DNA from: Chromera velia
Taxonomy: Eukaryota
DNA length: 47,308 bases
Direction of reading: 5' to 3'
NCBI GenBank assembly: GCA_018398765.1
Contig: JAHBMJ010000438.1
Location: 1 to 47,308 of the forward strand
Shown: positions 1 to 11,290 of the stretch, one piece after another
How positions within the stretch are numbered: position 1 is the first letter of the stretch
Layout: each line of letters starts with the position of its first letter
The notes under the pieces: model-generated
Database searches by the model: none
The model's input: only the letters and a program-made list of their open reading frames with translations
What the model was told of the DNA's origin: nothing
Made by a program: the position numbers and the translations under genes

Positions 1-8
1 CTCTACAG

Positions 9-3000
9 ACAGCAGCCAGATGGTGGCCGAGGGGGGTGCAAGAGATGGTTGGTCAGTGCATGTGTGTGTGGCTGTTTGTGTGACTCTCTGTTTGAAGAGA
101 GACGGATTTTCCTGCCGTTGATGTGTGTGTGTGTGTGCGCGCGCGCGCAAGAGCGGGGGAGGGTGCCGACTGATTGCAAAGTCAGCGATGACTTGAATTT
201 CCCTCGGTGTTTCTCCTCTCCATTACACGCCTTATTCTTCCTCTCCGATTGCAGGATTCCAGACACACCAGTTGACCAACACTGAGGGAGTCGCAGCGGC
301 AGCAAGAGGCCCTGAAGAGGGTCTTCGGCAAAGCGTCTCTGTGCATTTTCCGCATCCGACAGGTGTCCATCATCTAGAGCGGCAGGTTCGAGGGAGGGGG
401 AGGCCTTCGTCGTCTCCCATGGGACGTCACAGGGGGGGGGGAAGGGGAAGGGGAGGGTTGTCAGACAGCTCTCAGAGGGGAAGAGGCGGAGGTGCGGACG
501 ATTCTGGAAGAGGAAGGCGAGGAGGAGGCACAGACAGAGGAGCACAGACGAGGGAGGGTTCTGCTGGGCAAAGAGGTCGGGGCAGAGAGGGGCGGTACCA
601 AAGACCCAGCAACGACAGCGCGACAGCTGCTGCAGCCGCCGGGGCCGTTCCTGTAGTGAAGAAACCGAAATCCAAATTCTTTGTCCACGACTTCCAATTG
701 CGTTTCGGTGAGTGGTCCTGAATCCTTTTGGGGCCAAATATCTCTTTTTCTTTCTTTCTTTCTTTCTTTCTTTGTCCCCATTTTGCTTGCCTGTCTAACC
801 AGCCTCTCCACCTGCCGTTTTCTTCAACCAGTCGCTGCCTTTCGAAGGTCTTTTGGCCCTTCCCTAATGACTCTTGCATAAAGAGTATGGAAGGCAAAAA
901 GGTATTCCTTAGTCCCTAACTGTCTTCTCTCTGTCTTTTGTAGTGAAACTATTCGTCATGCAGGAATCTCTGTGTCCCCCCTCTTGTGTATGCCCTTGTC
1001 ATTCTTCTGTGCTTCGTTCCGTATTGCATTGTTCCACAGTAGTTAGTTTCTCTGCATTTTGTGGTCTTTTCTTCTCATCTCCTGCAATTGGTTTGAGAGC
1101 TTTCCGTGTTCTTTTCCTTCTCACTCAGCCTAACGATTCTGGCTGTGTCTCCTCCCTTCCCTCTTTCTGCAGAGGCCCGCGGGTTCCTAGACAGCGAGGA
1201 GTACTTAGCCAGGAAGCAGAAGCTTCTCAGCTGCATTCCCTCTAAGGAAACCGCGCAGGCGGCCGAGGAGACGAAGAGACTCTCGCTCCTTGGTTGGTCG
1301 AGTGCCCTGATTCTGGAGAACATCATTCGGAAGAACCGGAAAGAAAGAAAGAGTGAGGAGGAATCGTTTGGTCAGTGGGACAACAATTTTAGGATTCAAT
1401 TCCTTGGCAACACAGCTGGCTGGTGCGTCTCGTATCACGCTGGCTCTGGTGGCAAAGGTGGAGGAAGGGGAGGAGGGGGGGGGGGAGGCGGAAGGGGATA
1501 TGCAGATTCTTCAAACGGGGGATGCGGAACTGGAAGGAAAGGCAACGAAGATGGCGGAGAGCACGATTCTGGTTTTGCACCTCAGACTCAGGCGCCTGCG
1601 GGGCCACTTTCCGACATTCATGGAGAATGTTCATTTCTGGGACGTCTCCGCCTCTGATTTCAAAAAGGGGTGCCAGAAGCACAACGTGTGGGGGCGCTGC
1701 AAGGAGCACCTCCAACCAATCCTGCAGGCAGCCAACGGGCAAATCGAAACGCGACCTGCCGGTCAGGCAGTCTTTTTTGTTTCTCGTTGAACAGGACTCA
1801 CGCAGAGACGTGCACACGCGGCGAAACAGACGCCGAAAGCAAGTATGGCAGCAGTGTGATGTATCTAAGTCAGATTGGAGTACAAAGGAAGGGGGAAACT
1901 ACAACAAGATGAGGGCAACGATCTGTCTCTCATTCAAAAGGAATAGGGAAGCACAAATGCAAACAAAATGATCGGTAGACCCTCACACGCACATGACTGA
2001 TTGATGCGCTGTTGAATGAATGAACTCATCTTCGCCTGCCTGTTCGTCCTTCCTTTCGTGCAGGTCTCCCGATTCCTTTTCGTCTGAGCTTCCTTGTCGG
2101 TGATGACAGTCTTCTGAGCCTTCTCCGCTGTCAGTTTCTCTCTGTGCATTTCAATTCAATTCTTGCCTTCCCTCATTTCCTTCCCTTTCCTTTCCTTGCT
2201 GTCTGGAGAATGGAAGGAGAACTGGGTCTGGGCTCCAAGCATTCCTTTTCTCTGTACGGGGGGGGGGTCGTCTGTGTGATTTGTGTCTGAGAGCGAAGAC
2301 TTCGTGCCCAGACAAGCCACCAGAGGTCTGCCTGGCAAACCCTTCTGCTTGAATGCGCTGCATGTGGATACGGGTGTGTGTGTGTGTGTGTGTGTGTGTC
2401 TGTGTGTCTGTGTGTGTGTGTGTCTGTCTGTCTGTCTGTCTGTGTGTGTGTCTGTGTCTGTGTCTGTGTCTGTGTNGGGGGGGGAATAACCGGATTTTTT
2501 TTCACAGAGGAATAAACGGGCGTGCGGGTCTCAAAAGCACCGGACTCTGAGGGCAAAAGAAATCATTTCGGGCGCATCGTCTCTTCCTCCCTTTCCGCCC
2601 TTGCGTGCAGACAAAGACACCTCGGCTGAAGATCTGAAAACAGAGTTGACCAGAGAGGCCAGAAAGATGGTTCGCATGGTGATCGGCAGCCTGTGTTCAC
2701 CGTCTCGAGACAGCAGTGTGGTGACTGCCGAGAGTCACCTGCTGCATTCAGGCTTCCTCTGTCTGTACGCAGAGAAGGAGAGGAACGTTCAAGCGATGCA
2801 GGATGGACGCGGGAAGATCCGTCTTCTGACCTTTCCCTTCCATGTTCTCCTCCCTGCCTCCACAGAACCATTGCTGAAGCGAGTTGCAACGTTCAGAGAA
2901 ATAGCCACAGCGTCGTTGAGGTCCTTTCTTGGTCTGCTGGGCGGGGAACAACTGAACGTGGGTCTGCGTCCTCTTTCCAAATTTGTTGTCAATTTTCATT

Positions 3001-5964
3001 TTTCCCGTCTCCCTACACAAATACCTGAATGATTTTCGGTCTTTCTCTGCCTGCGATTGGCCGTATTTGTCCTCCTAGTACGGAAGTAGAACCCTCCTCT
3101 AAGACACATGGACTCCTTCGTTATTGTTCTTTTTCGACTCTGTTAGTTCGCCTGAATGTGTGTATGTGGTGTTGATCCATTCGTATGTGCTCTCCCCATG
3201 CAAACTCCCGTTCTTTGTCCTTTCTTTGTCGTCATCCTGTCATGCTTGTCCTGCATGTTCTTTCTTCTTTTTCTATAAATTAATATGTCTTTTTTGTGCG
3301 TGAAAGCAAAAAGAAAAGACAAGGGACAGGGAAACCTGACACGCTCTGTCTTTTGCCTGTATCAGTGCGGCCTTTCGCCCTTCCCCTCTGAAAGTCCTTC
3401 TCCCACACCCTGCTCGCTCTCTCTCAGAAGTCTTCGCCCCGTCTGCAACCCCCCCCTTGCCTGCTCTGCCTGCCTCCCTGTCTGTTTGTCTCTCTGTCTG
3501 TCTGTCTCTCTGTCTGTCTGTCTGTCTGTCTGTCTGCAGATCGATGCCCTGAGAGTGCCAGAGGGTCCGGCCCCGGTGGCTGCGGCCCTGTTGCCCTCGA
3601 ATGCGGCTGGGTTGGTACAAGGCGCCTCCTCTTCCTCTCTCTCTGGAGGGCTCAAGGAAGAACCTCGGAGTGTGCTGGGAACTTCTGGCTCGACGGCGGC
3701 AGAGAGCGCAGAGGGGGGGGGCTGTGTGGGGAATTCGGGGGCCGCGTCGGCTTTGGGGGTACTCGGAGGGGGTGGGGGGAATGGAGAGACTCCTGACGGT
3801 GACTGTCTAATGGGGGCCTCTGACCCTCTAGCTGAAGAGGGGGGCAGGGTGCCGGGTATTTCCACCAACTCTCTGACTTGGAGGGAATGGGTCACAGATG
3901 CGATGGTCACTTCAGGGCGGTTCGACGACAATAGATGGTCACAGGAAGGGGCGCCGTCTCATGCGGCACAGCTCTGCTTCGTATTTGAACTCGGTGAGCT
4001 GCAGAGGCCAGGCGACAACATGGATGGGGATGGGTTGTTTGAGAAAGACTAGCAGGGGTGATGCCCTCTTTCCATGCGATTTCTGTGTTCGGGGTGTTCC
4101 TCCTAGCCTTGTTTGCGTGGTGTGATGTGTCGTGGAAAGACGAATAGACAGACAGACTGACAGTGATGTGTTCTCCCTTAAATTCCAGCGAGAACCGGCA
4201 ACGCACTGTCTGGCCGTTTGAAATTGCAACAGTGGGGGGAAACTCTCTTTCTTCTAGCGCGTGACCCCTGTTCCGGAGTTCATCCGATGCTAATGCCCCT
4301 GCTTTCCAGTTCTTGTTGTTTTCTCTGATTTTTTTTTTTTTTGCTTGCCTTTGAGTTCCAGGTGCTAATTCACACACCATCAAGATATCTATACACAAGC
4401 GCGTTCACTGCATGTTGCAGAGTGGCCTGAGTGTCTGTTTTCTTCTGTGAGGGGGTCCTCTTCTGCTTCTGCATCCCCCCCTTCTTCTTCTTCGTCTCCT
4501 TCGGGGAAGAGATGGCCTGAGGGCTGGTTGGACTTCTCACAGAAAGAAGAAAAAGACTCAGCAGCAGAACCCAGCAGCAGCAGCAGCAACAATCAAAGCA
4601 GATCGCCCCAAATAGTCCAAGAGGTCCTTCGCGCTCTGATCGCTGACCCTCTCATGCGTATTCTTTCAAAGATGAATAATCCAGTGACCACTGTAAACAA
4701 GACGGTGGGGGGGGTAAAGCAGTGTTCCGTTATCTCAGAGAACGGAGACTCCGAATCGTTGTATGCACGGAACCTGCTTGCCGTTCTCCACTTGTGCCGA
4801 AACGATCTGGTCGGTTCAAAGGGTCTGGCAGGACTAGAAGGGGAGAGGGGGGGTGACTCGGAGATGGTCTCTGCCGATGGTCTTTCTCCCTCTTTATCCG
4901 AGCGAAAGCAGTTTCACCGTCTGAAGCAGAAAGCAAGGTTTTTGCCTTTCTCGAGAGATTTTGAAGACCCCGATGCCACTCGAGAGGCTGCTTTGAAGGC
5001 GGCAGAGTTTCTGACTCACTTCTCCTCTACCTCCTTTGATATCAGTCTGGACGAGTGGGGAGTCCCAGAGGAGGAGGTGAGTGAGGGAGCGGAAGTCAAG
5101 GAGGATCAGTTGAGTCCAGAACCTGGATATGGGGGTGGGGGGGGTGAGCAGACTGTTGGGAAGGAGGGAGGGGATAGACAGGGTGGAGAAGGAAAGTGCA
5201 CGAGTTCTTCGCAGTTGGAGGCAGACAAAGGGTGGAGGAAGCATTGTGTGTTTAAGCGTGTGCTGGTTTTGGATCCCGAACGATTTGAGAATGCCCTTTG
5301 GGGTCCGCCTGCTTCGGACGGAAAGTCTGAGAGTGACAGCGCGGCCTCATCACATCAGCAGGCCCAGGCTCCGATTCCCGATTGGGGGGAACTCCGAAGC
5401 GAGGGGATTGAGCGACCCCCCCCCGGTGTTTTCTTCCGTGGGCGTCTGTGCGTGGGCATCACTCAAGATCCTGTGTGGTGGAAGGGTGAGGTGGAAGACG
5501 GTGTGGATGTGATGTTTGACACCCCCGCAACCTTCGGTGGTGGTCCTGGTGCACAGAAGAGGGGAAGAGAGGAAAGGGGAGTTCCTCGGAGACGGGATCA
5601 GGATTTTTTGGCAGAGAGATATGAAGGAGAGGGGAGGGCTTTTTTTCAGGACGACAGAAAAAGACAGAAAAAGGATTTGTTCATCAAAAAAGAAGAAAAG
5701 GTGGAGGGTATCAAAAGAGAAACCGAAAAGCGGGAGAGAGAGGGCAGCGGGCTAGGGGGAAATGGAAGGGCGAAGGCGGAAGAGGCGGGGTGTGTGAGGG
5801 TGAAACCGGATCCAGATGCAGACGTAGCATCCGGTGTCAAGAGAGAATTTGATCCGCACGCCCGGCGGGAAGGGCGAGTCAAGGGCGAGGACTCAGACAA
5901 AGAAATTGACCGGATTCCACCAAAGAAGGAAAAGGAGGGGGGGAGGAGATTTCACCTGCAATAA
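9..5964 (+). CDS. 5'-incomplete multi-exon gene, large hypothetical protein with G/E/R-rich low-complexity regions
   Basis: Phase-consistent GT-AG splicing: exons 9-47, 255-707, 1173-1761 (frame switch or mini-intron near 1353-1392), 2611-2957, 3540-3993, 4421-5964 (TAA). The last exon is the 505-aa ORF. No recognisable domain. An N at 2476 lies in one intron, so continuity across it is uncertain. Confidence 0.65.
2374..2476. repeat. (TG)n/(TCTG)n compound microsatellite ending at an N (assembly gap)
   Basis: Directly visible; N at 2476. Confidence 0.95.
3480..3536. repeat. (TCTG)n intronic microsatellite next to a splice acceptor
   Basis: Visible run directly upstream of CAG|ATC at 3537-3542. 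Confidence 0.9.
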
Positions 5965-6548
5965 CTGTCACGACAGCAGCCAGCACTCAGAAGGGAATGG
6001 GGGGCACGACAGATACGGCAGAGAAGGTGCGGCAGTGGGAGAGGCGTCGAGCACAGGCGTCGCATCCGCCTCCGCATGATCAGTGCTAGGATCAGTGATT
6101 CCATTTCCGTCTCACACCCAGCCAGATCGATAAAGAGACGACGTCCGCACTAGAAATGAGTTCAACAAACGTACTAAGCGCATATAAGGTAGTATTATAC
6201 TGCTTTGGGGGATAAAATTGATGCATAAATTGATTCATAATTTTTTGCAAAAGTCGAAGATTTGAGCATGTGACTTTGAAGGGGCGCCGTTGGACCAAGC
6301 ACTAGACCAAGCAGCTTTAATAGACAGTTAGACTCCTTAGGAAAACTCCGACTTGGTAAGCAATATAGCTAGTTATATAGTGAGCAATCATACTGAGTAA
6401 TTTGAATTAAGTCCTGAGGGCCTTATATTTTACGCCAAACTAAACAAAACTCTATATTCTTTTTTTTTTTTTTGATTGATTGGTTCCGCACTAGACCTTT
6501 TCGCTATATCAATGCATCTGTTAGGATTAGGACATGCTTTTGTCCTCC

Positions 6549-6598
6549 TTCATCCTTTTCGTGATCGTGAACGTTTTCCTATTCAAAAACGAAAAAAG
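6549..6598 (+). repeat. Dispersed 50-bp repeat, copy 1 (inverted copy at 32771-32820)
   Basis: The reverse complement of TTCATCCTTTTCGTGATCGTGAACGTTTTCCTATTCAAAAACGAAAAAAG matches 32771-32820 with 3 transition mismatches. Confidence 0.85.
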
Positions 6599-7939
6599 GA
6601 TTTATGTTCCGGGTTTATCCCAAGGTTCACTGCCGGGGGACGGCTTATATGCCTAACCGCTATAGGTAGGATATTTAGTAGGGTACTAGGGGCCGGGGTA
6701 ACTAGGGTCTGCATGTTATTAATTAGCTTGCGCCGGTCTCTTTAAAGTCAAGTTTAGATTCTTCTAAAACATATATATATTTAGCACTGCGCAGTCTGTG
6801 TAGCCGTCTATGCTAGTAGGTCTATTGCGCACAAAACTTATATAGCACAAAACAAATCAAACTAGGTTTGATTATAAAACCTAGTATAAGACTATATATA
6901 AGAGTTATGATTTTATAAATTGACTGCACCAATACAGTACCATGAAAATTGATGAATGATGAAATATATACAGCATCATGTCAGCATGACTGTCATACAA
7001 GCCAAACAATTCATTGTTAAATTATTTCTAGAATAGTAGTATGCGCTTGTGTTACGGACTCCCAAGTAGGCTGTGGTAGCAGGATATAACTTCCAAGTAT
7101 GTATTGCCTGCTAAAAGCCTACTTGGTATGATCTAGGGGGAAGAGAAATAAAAGTGAAAGGAAAGGAGAAAACAATTGAGGATGTAAGTAGATCTCGAGA
7201 AAAAGAAAATGACCTTAAAGTTTTAATGGGGATGTCCATACCTATTAAATAGAAAAGACTGTTGAATTTTATCATGAAAGAAAGAATAGAAGAAGAAATG
7301 GAAGAAGGAACGGCAGAGTAAATGGAAGAAAGAATGAAAAAAGAGTTGGAAGAGCCTCTTTCAGGGGCCTCGACAGGCCACAGCATGTCTGAGTGGAAGA
7401 ACCTCTTCCAGGGGCCTCGTCAAAAACAAGGAAAAGGAAGAAAGAAAGGAAGAGAAGATGGAAGGAAAAAGAAGAAAAATAAAATAAAATAAATAGAGAC
7501 CGACCAGAATGGAATACAGAAAACCGAAGAGAGAAAGGAAGAGGTGTTGGAAAGAATAGGGGGTAAAATCAATACAGATGAAAGTAATTATAGAAGTCTT
7601 TATGGAAGAGCAAAAAGCGAAAGACTTGGATTTTTGGAAGAACAAACGGAAGGAGATGTTGAAAATTAAATTTCATCTTGTCATTTCGTCGGACCCATCT
7701 GAGGGCCATCTCGGACAGAGGACTTTCGACATCCATTCTCCAGCCTATGAGAAAACTCCTGAGAAGTGAATCTCGAGTGACTTCAGTCTCCTTGCTACCC
7801 TACCTTCAGCAAAATGCTGCTAGAGTTTCGAAGTCAGATAAGAAGTCCGCTATACGTGGTGACGCCAGCGAGAGCTTCTACTGTTCCAACAGTAAACAGC
7901 CTTCTGTTTTCGGAAAGAACCGTCTCCAGACAGAAACAG

Positions 7940-8200
7940 ACCGTGAAACGCTGTTTAATCTCCGGACAGACGTGTCTTTTTTTGTTTCTACTCAGAATCC
8001 CATCCGACCCAGAATGTACGGTGACCGTGAAGCGCTGTCCAATTTCCGGACAGACATGTCTTTTGTTGTCTTTGCCGAGAATTCCTTCCAAACTAGACTG
8101 CACCGTGAAGTGCTGCCCAATTTTTGGACAGACGCGTGTTTTCTTGCCTCTGCCAGAATCTTTTCTAGAAAAAACCATACCGTGAAGCACTGCTCAGTTC
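7940..8200 (+). repeat. Imperfect tandem repeat, ~78-84 bp unit, 3 full copies plus a partial copy
   Basis: ACCGTGAA anchors at 7940, 8024, 8102 and 8179; the first three continue ...AAT...GGACAGAC.TGT.TTT...AGAAT. Confidence 0.85.
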
Positions 8201-10768
8201 TTTGATAGAGAGATAAGGCACGTGTTTCCTGAGGCACGAATAGAAGGACTTTTAGCACGACTAAAAACACATCGATCCCGCTGTCAGTTGCTGGGTCAAT
8301 GGCCCCATTGCCAAAATGTTGTCGCACTCCCAACCGCCGTATTTCCTATACCAGAGGGTAGTGTACCCGACTGAAGAGGACCTTGAAGCGGCATTCCAGT
8401 AGGGACAACGCTCTCCCACGCCACTCTCCGTAAGTGATTCCTCACAGTCGGCCCCAGCTACTGAAGAAGCCCAGAGTGGCAACCACACTCAGCATGGTCC
8501 ACATTCCCAATCTGAAGGCACCAAAAACAACGACCCTGCCCCTGAAACCCAAACAGAAGACACGTGAACCCCCAGACAGGAAATTCTGTCCAACACTGTC
8601 CTACCGGGGACAACCGAGGACCGCTCTTGCCCCAGGGGGGCCTTCCACCTCGAGAAAACCTGCAAAACACGGCCTCGCCTAAAGATTCAGGGAGCCCGCG
8701 CACAGACAATACCGAAGAAGAGGATACATCCCCATACTGTCCTACACCCGTAGCTAACCCACTCCATCGTTTTGCTCCTGCCAGGAACCCGTATCTCCCC
8801 AGCGAGTTGAATCTCCCACCCACTGGCAGAGTTTGTACTAATAGACCACCCAGCCGCCTCCCTGCCCAGTCTCGTCCTTCTGACAAATCTGACGTGGAAA
8901 GAATCATTGACAGCCAGGCAGGCCCGAGCATAATTATCTATTTCCCTCATAGTACTCTGTTTATAATGGATGGCTCACACAATTGTAGGCCAACCATCTA
9001 TTATACGGAAAACCGGGATCTTTTGCGAGGAAAAGGATTCCTACCTGACCGACAGTGAAGTCTCTTCCCCCAACATACAAACAGCTGCTTTCCAATACAA
9101 CCTAAGAAATCCCCTTGTCTAACTGCACGCTCTTTACCACACGACACACAGCCCCAAGTGATTCATTAGAAGGCAAGAAAAGAAGATCCCCATCCACTGC
9201 GCTGTACCGGAGAAATCGCTGCCATCAAAGCTTGTATTCTCATCCACACCGATATACACTTCACCCCATTCCTCCCATATTTTTTTTTAAAAAAAGAGAC
9301 CTATCGGAGCGATCTCTACCGGCTTCCCCACTACCACTCTTTGAAGGAATCAGGGTGGCCTCACACCCCAAGAGTCTCCAAGATCTCGACAGGCCCACCT
9401 TGGGGATAAAAAGTACCCCACAGCCCCACAGTGAGTCTCTGTCTGCCTGGATGCGAACCCGATCAGACTATTCCCTTCATATGTACACACTGTATTTGAA
9501 GCTGAAGAAACAAAATCCGGTGTGAGTAACGAGCACACCCGTACACCACCCCATCCGTCTGCAAAACGACCATCCCACCCGACAGTTCCCGGGCTCCGCC
9601 CGTATTCATCGACTTATATTTCCCTCCACTTCTCCGTCAAGAAGCTGTACCAGCAGAGCGGAGCTTCAAACTGAAAGTTCCCATTGACCCATATACCACT
9701 ATCCCAGTAGACGTCCCCTTAGGCTCAGGTGTTGGCCTGAACCTCAGTGACCTTAAACCATCAAGCCCTTGACCTCAGCTATACGCAGGCAGCCTCCCCT
9801 TCTCAACCGGTCTGGACTTTGCACTGCAGGGCGTCTTGCAGGCGCTCATCAGAGAAGGAGTGCGAGAAGCCCTCAGGGACTCAGCCGAGGTCCATCGCGT
9901 ATTAGCAGAAGCTTTGGAAGGGACAATTAGACGAAAAGTCTGGACTTCCCTCATAGAAGCCACAACCCTCTTCGCCAATCTGAGACACAACGAGTGGGAG
10001 ACTGCTCAAGTGCAAGCTTCCCAAGCCTTGTACCCAACACCCTTCCCGCCGGGCAGTATAGCTACCGCTCTAGCACCTTCATAATCCACCGGGGCTGCCC
10101 AGTCGCACCCTAACTTGGTGCTGTGGTGGGACCAGAATCTGCAAGGGCAGCAAGACCAAAAGAATTTTACAGTGTTTTACCTACGTCCACAGCGTTCACC
10201 CACTACCCAACAGCTGCAGGCGCTACCTCCACGGTTCCAATAAACCCCTAAAAGCAAAAAAAAAAAATTGTGAGCACAATGGCCAACACCAGGGCTCAAG
10301 CGAAGAAAAGCGAGAATGCCTAAAACACGGAGCAGAAAAAAGGGAAGGGACTCCAGTCCAGATTGTAACAAGCACCCCTGAAAAAGGGGCTTGGACAAAG
10401 AGAAGCAGGGAAAGGAGAAGACGGGAAGAAAAGGGTTCAACAGGCTAAGCCAAAAGCACCTAGGCTACTTAAACAAAAAGAAGCAAATGAAGAACAGCCC
10501 GCAGGGGGTAGAAAAGGATGTTCAAATCTAAAAAAAGGATGCCCAGCTCGTCAAGGAGATGGAGGAAGATGGAGAGGAGATTCAATCATAGTCAGCCTCC
10601 CCAGCGGTATTGTCTGAATTAAAGAACACGGGGATAATTGCCATCACCAGGACACCTTCAGGGAAGCTGTTGCTGTGTTAAGTAGGATCTAACGTGAATA
10701 GAATGGACCCATCAAAAATACAGAGGGGGCCCGTTGCCACCGCTCCTCCATAGGTTGACCTTTCTCGG

Positions 10769-11290
10769 GTGCAAATGGACTTACCATCATTTGATAGAAA
10801 TCAAATGAAGGTAAAGAGCTTTTGGAACTCGCTGATGAGGTTGAATGAGAGGTTGGGGTGGACCTTCAAGAACCTTAGGGACATCTATCTCCCGACAGCG
10901 CTCACAGGGCCTGCAAAACAGTGGTATGAAATGGAGGTACTTGAGCGATTGGAGGGATGCACGACAGCTATATAACTCAAAGAAATGTTCCTTACAAGAT
11001 ACGGTATCGACGAGTGGGAAGCTGAACGCAAGAAAAGAATGCTTCTTCAGATAACCCAAAACTTCGGAGAGAGTTCCTCTGACTACGTCACCCGCTTTGA
11101 GGAGCAGTGCTCTACCACAAATCAGAGCACTGTCACTGACGACCCCACCACCTTAGGAGCTTTTATTGAAGGCATAGAGGATGGCGAGCTTCGCATTCAA
11201 ATGGAAACCTGCACGTACAGCACATTTGAAAAACTACAGGTGAACCTGAGGAAGTGGGAGGACGTGGTGAGGAGGAAGGAGGCTCGATAG
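10769..11290 (+). pseudogene. gag: Retrotransposon gag (Ty3/gypsy-like capsid) pseudogene
   Basis: Two in-frame ORFs separated by TAA at 10973-10975. Together they read LPSFD...ALTGPAKQWY...LKEMFLTRYG...QITQNFGESSSDYVTRF...AFIEGI, matching the L.G.A..W and Q...E....Y..RF motifs of retrotransposon gag. Confidence 0.8.

Noticed and set aside
2151..2556. ORFs rich in VC/TH/TD dipeptides (similar ones at 16300-16712, 30480-30911 and 39975-40488)
   Set aside because: Translations of microsatellites.
7040..7880. LTR start (TGT...) and PBS-like TGGTGACGCC at ~7857
   Set aside because: No second LTR copy or TSD found, and tRNA complementarity cannot be verified.
7940..8200. Regularly spaced repeats as a possible CRISPR array
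   Set aside because: The units are degenerate along their whole length with no unique spacers, there are no cas genes, and the context is eukaryotic.
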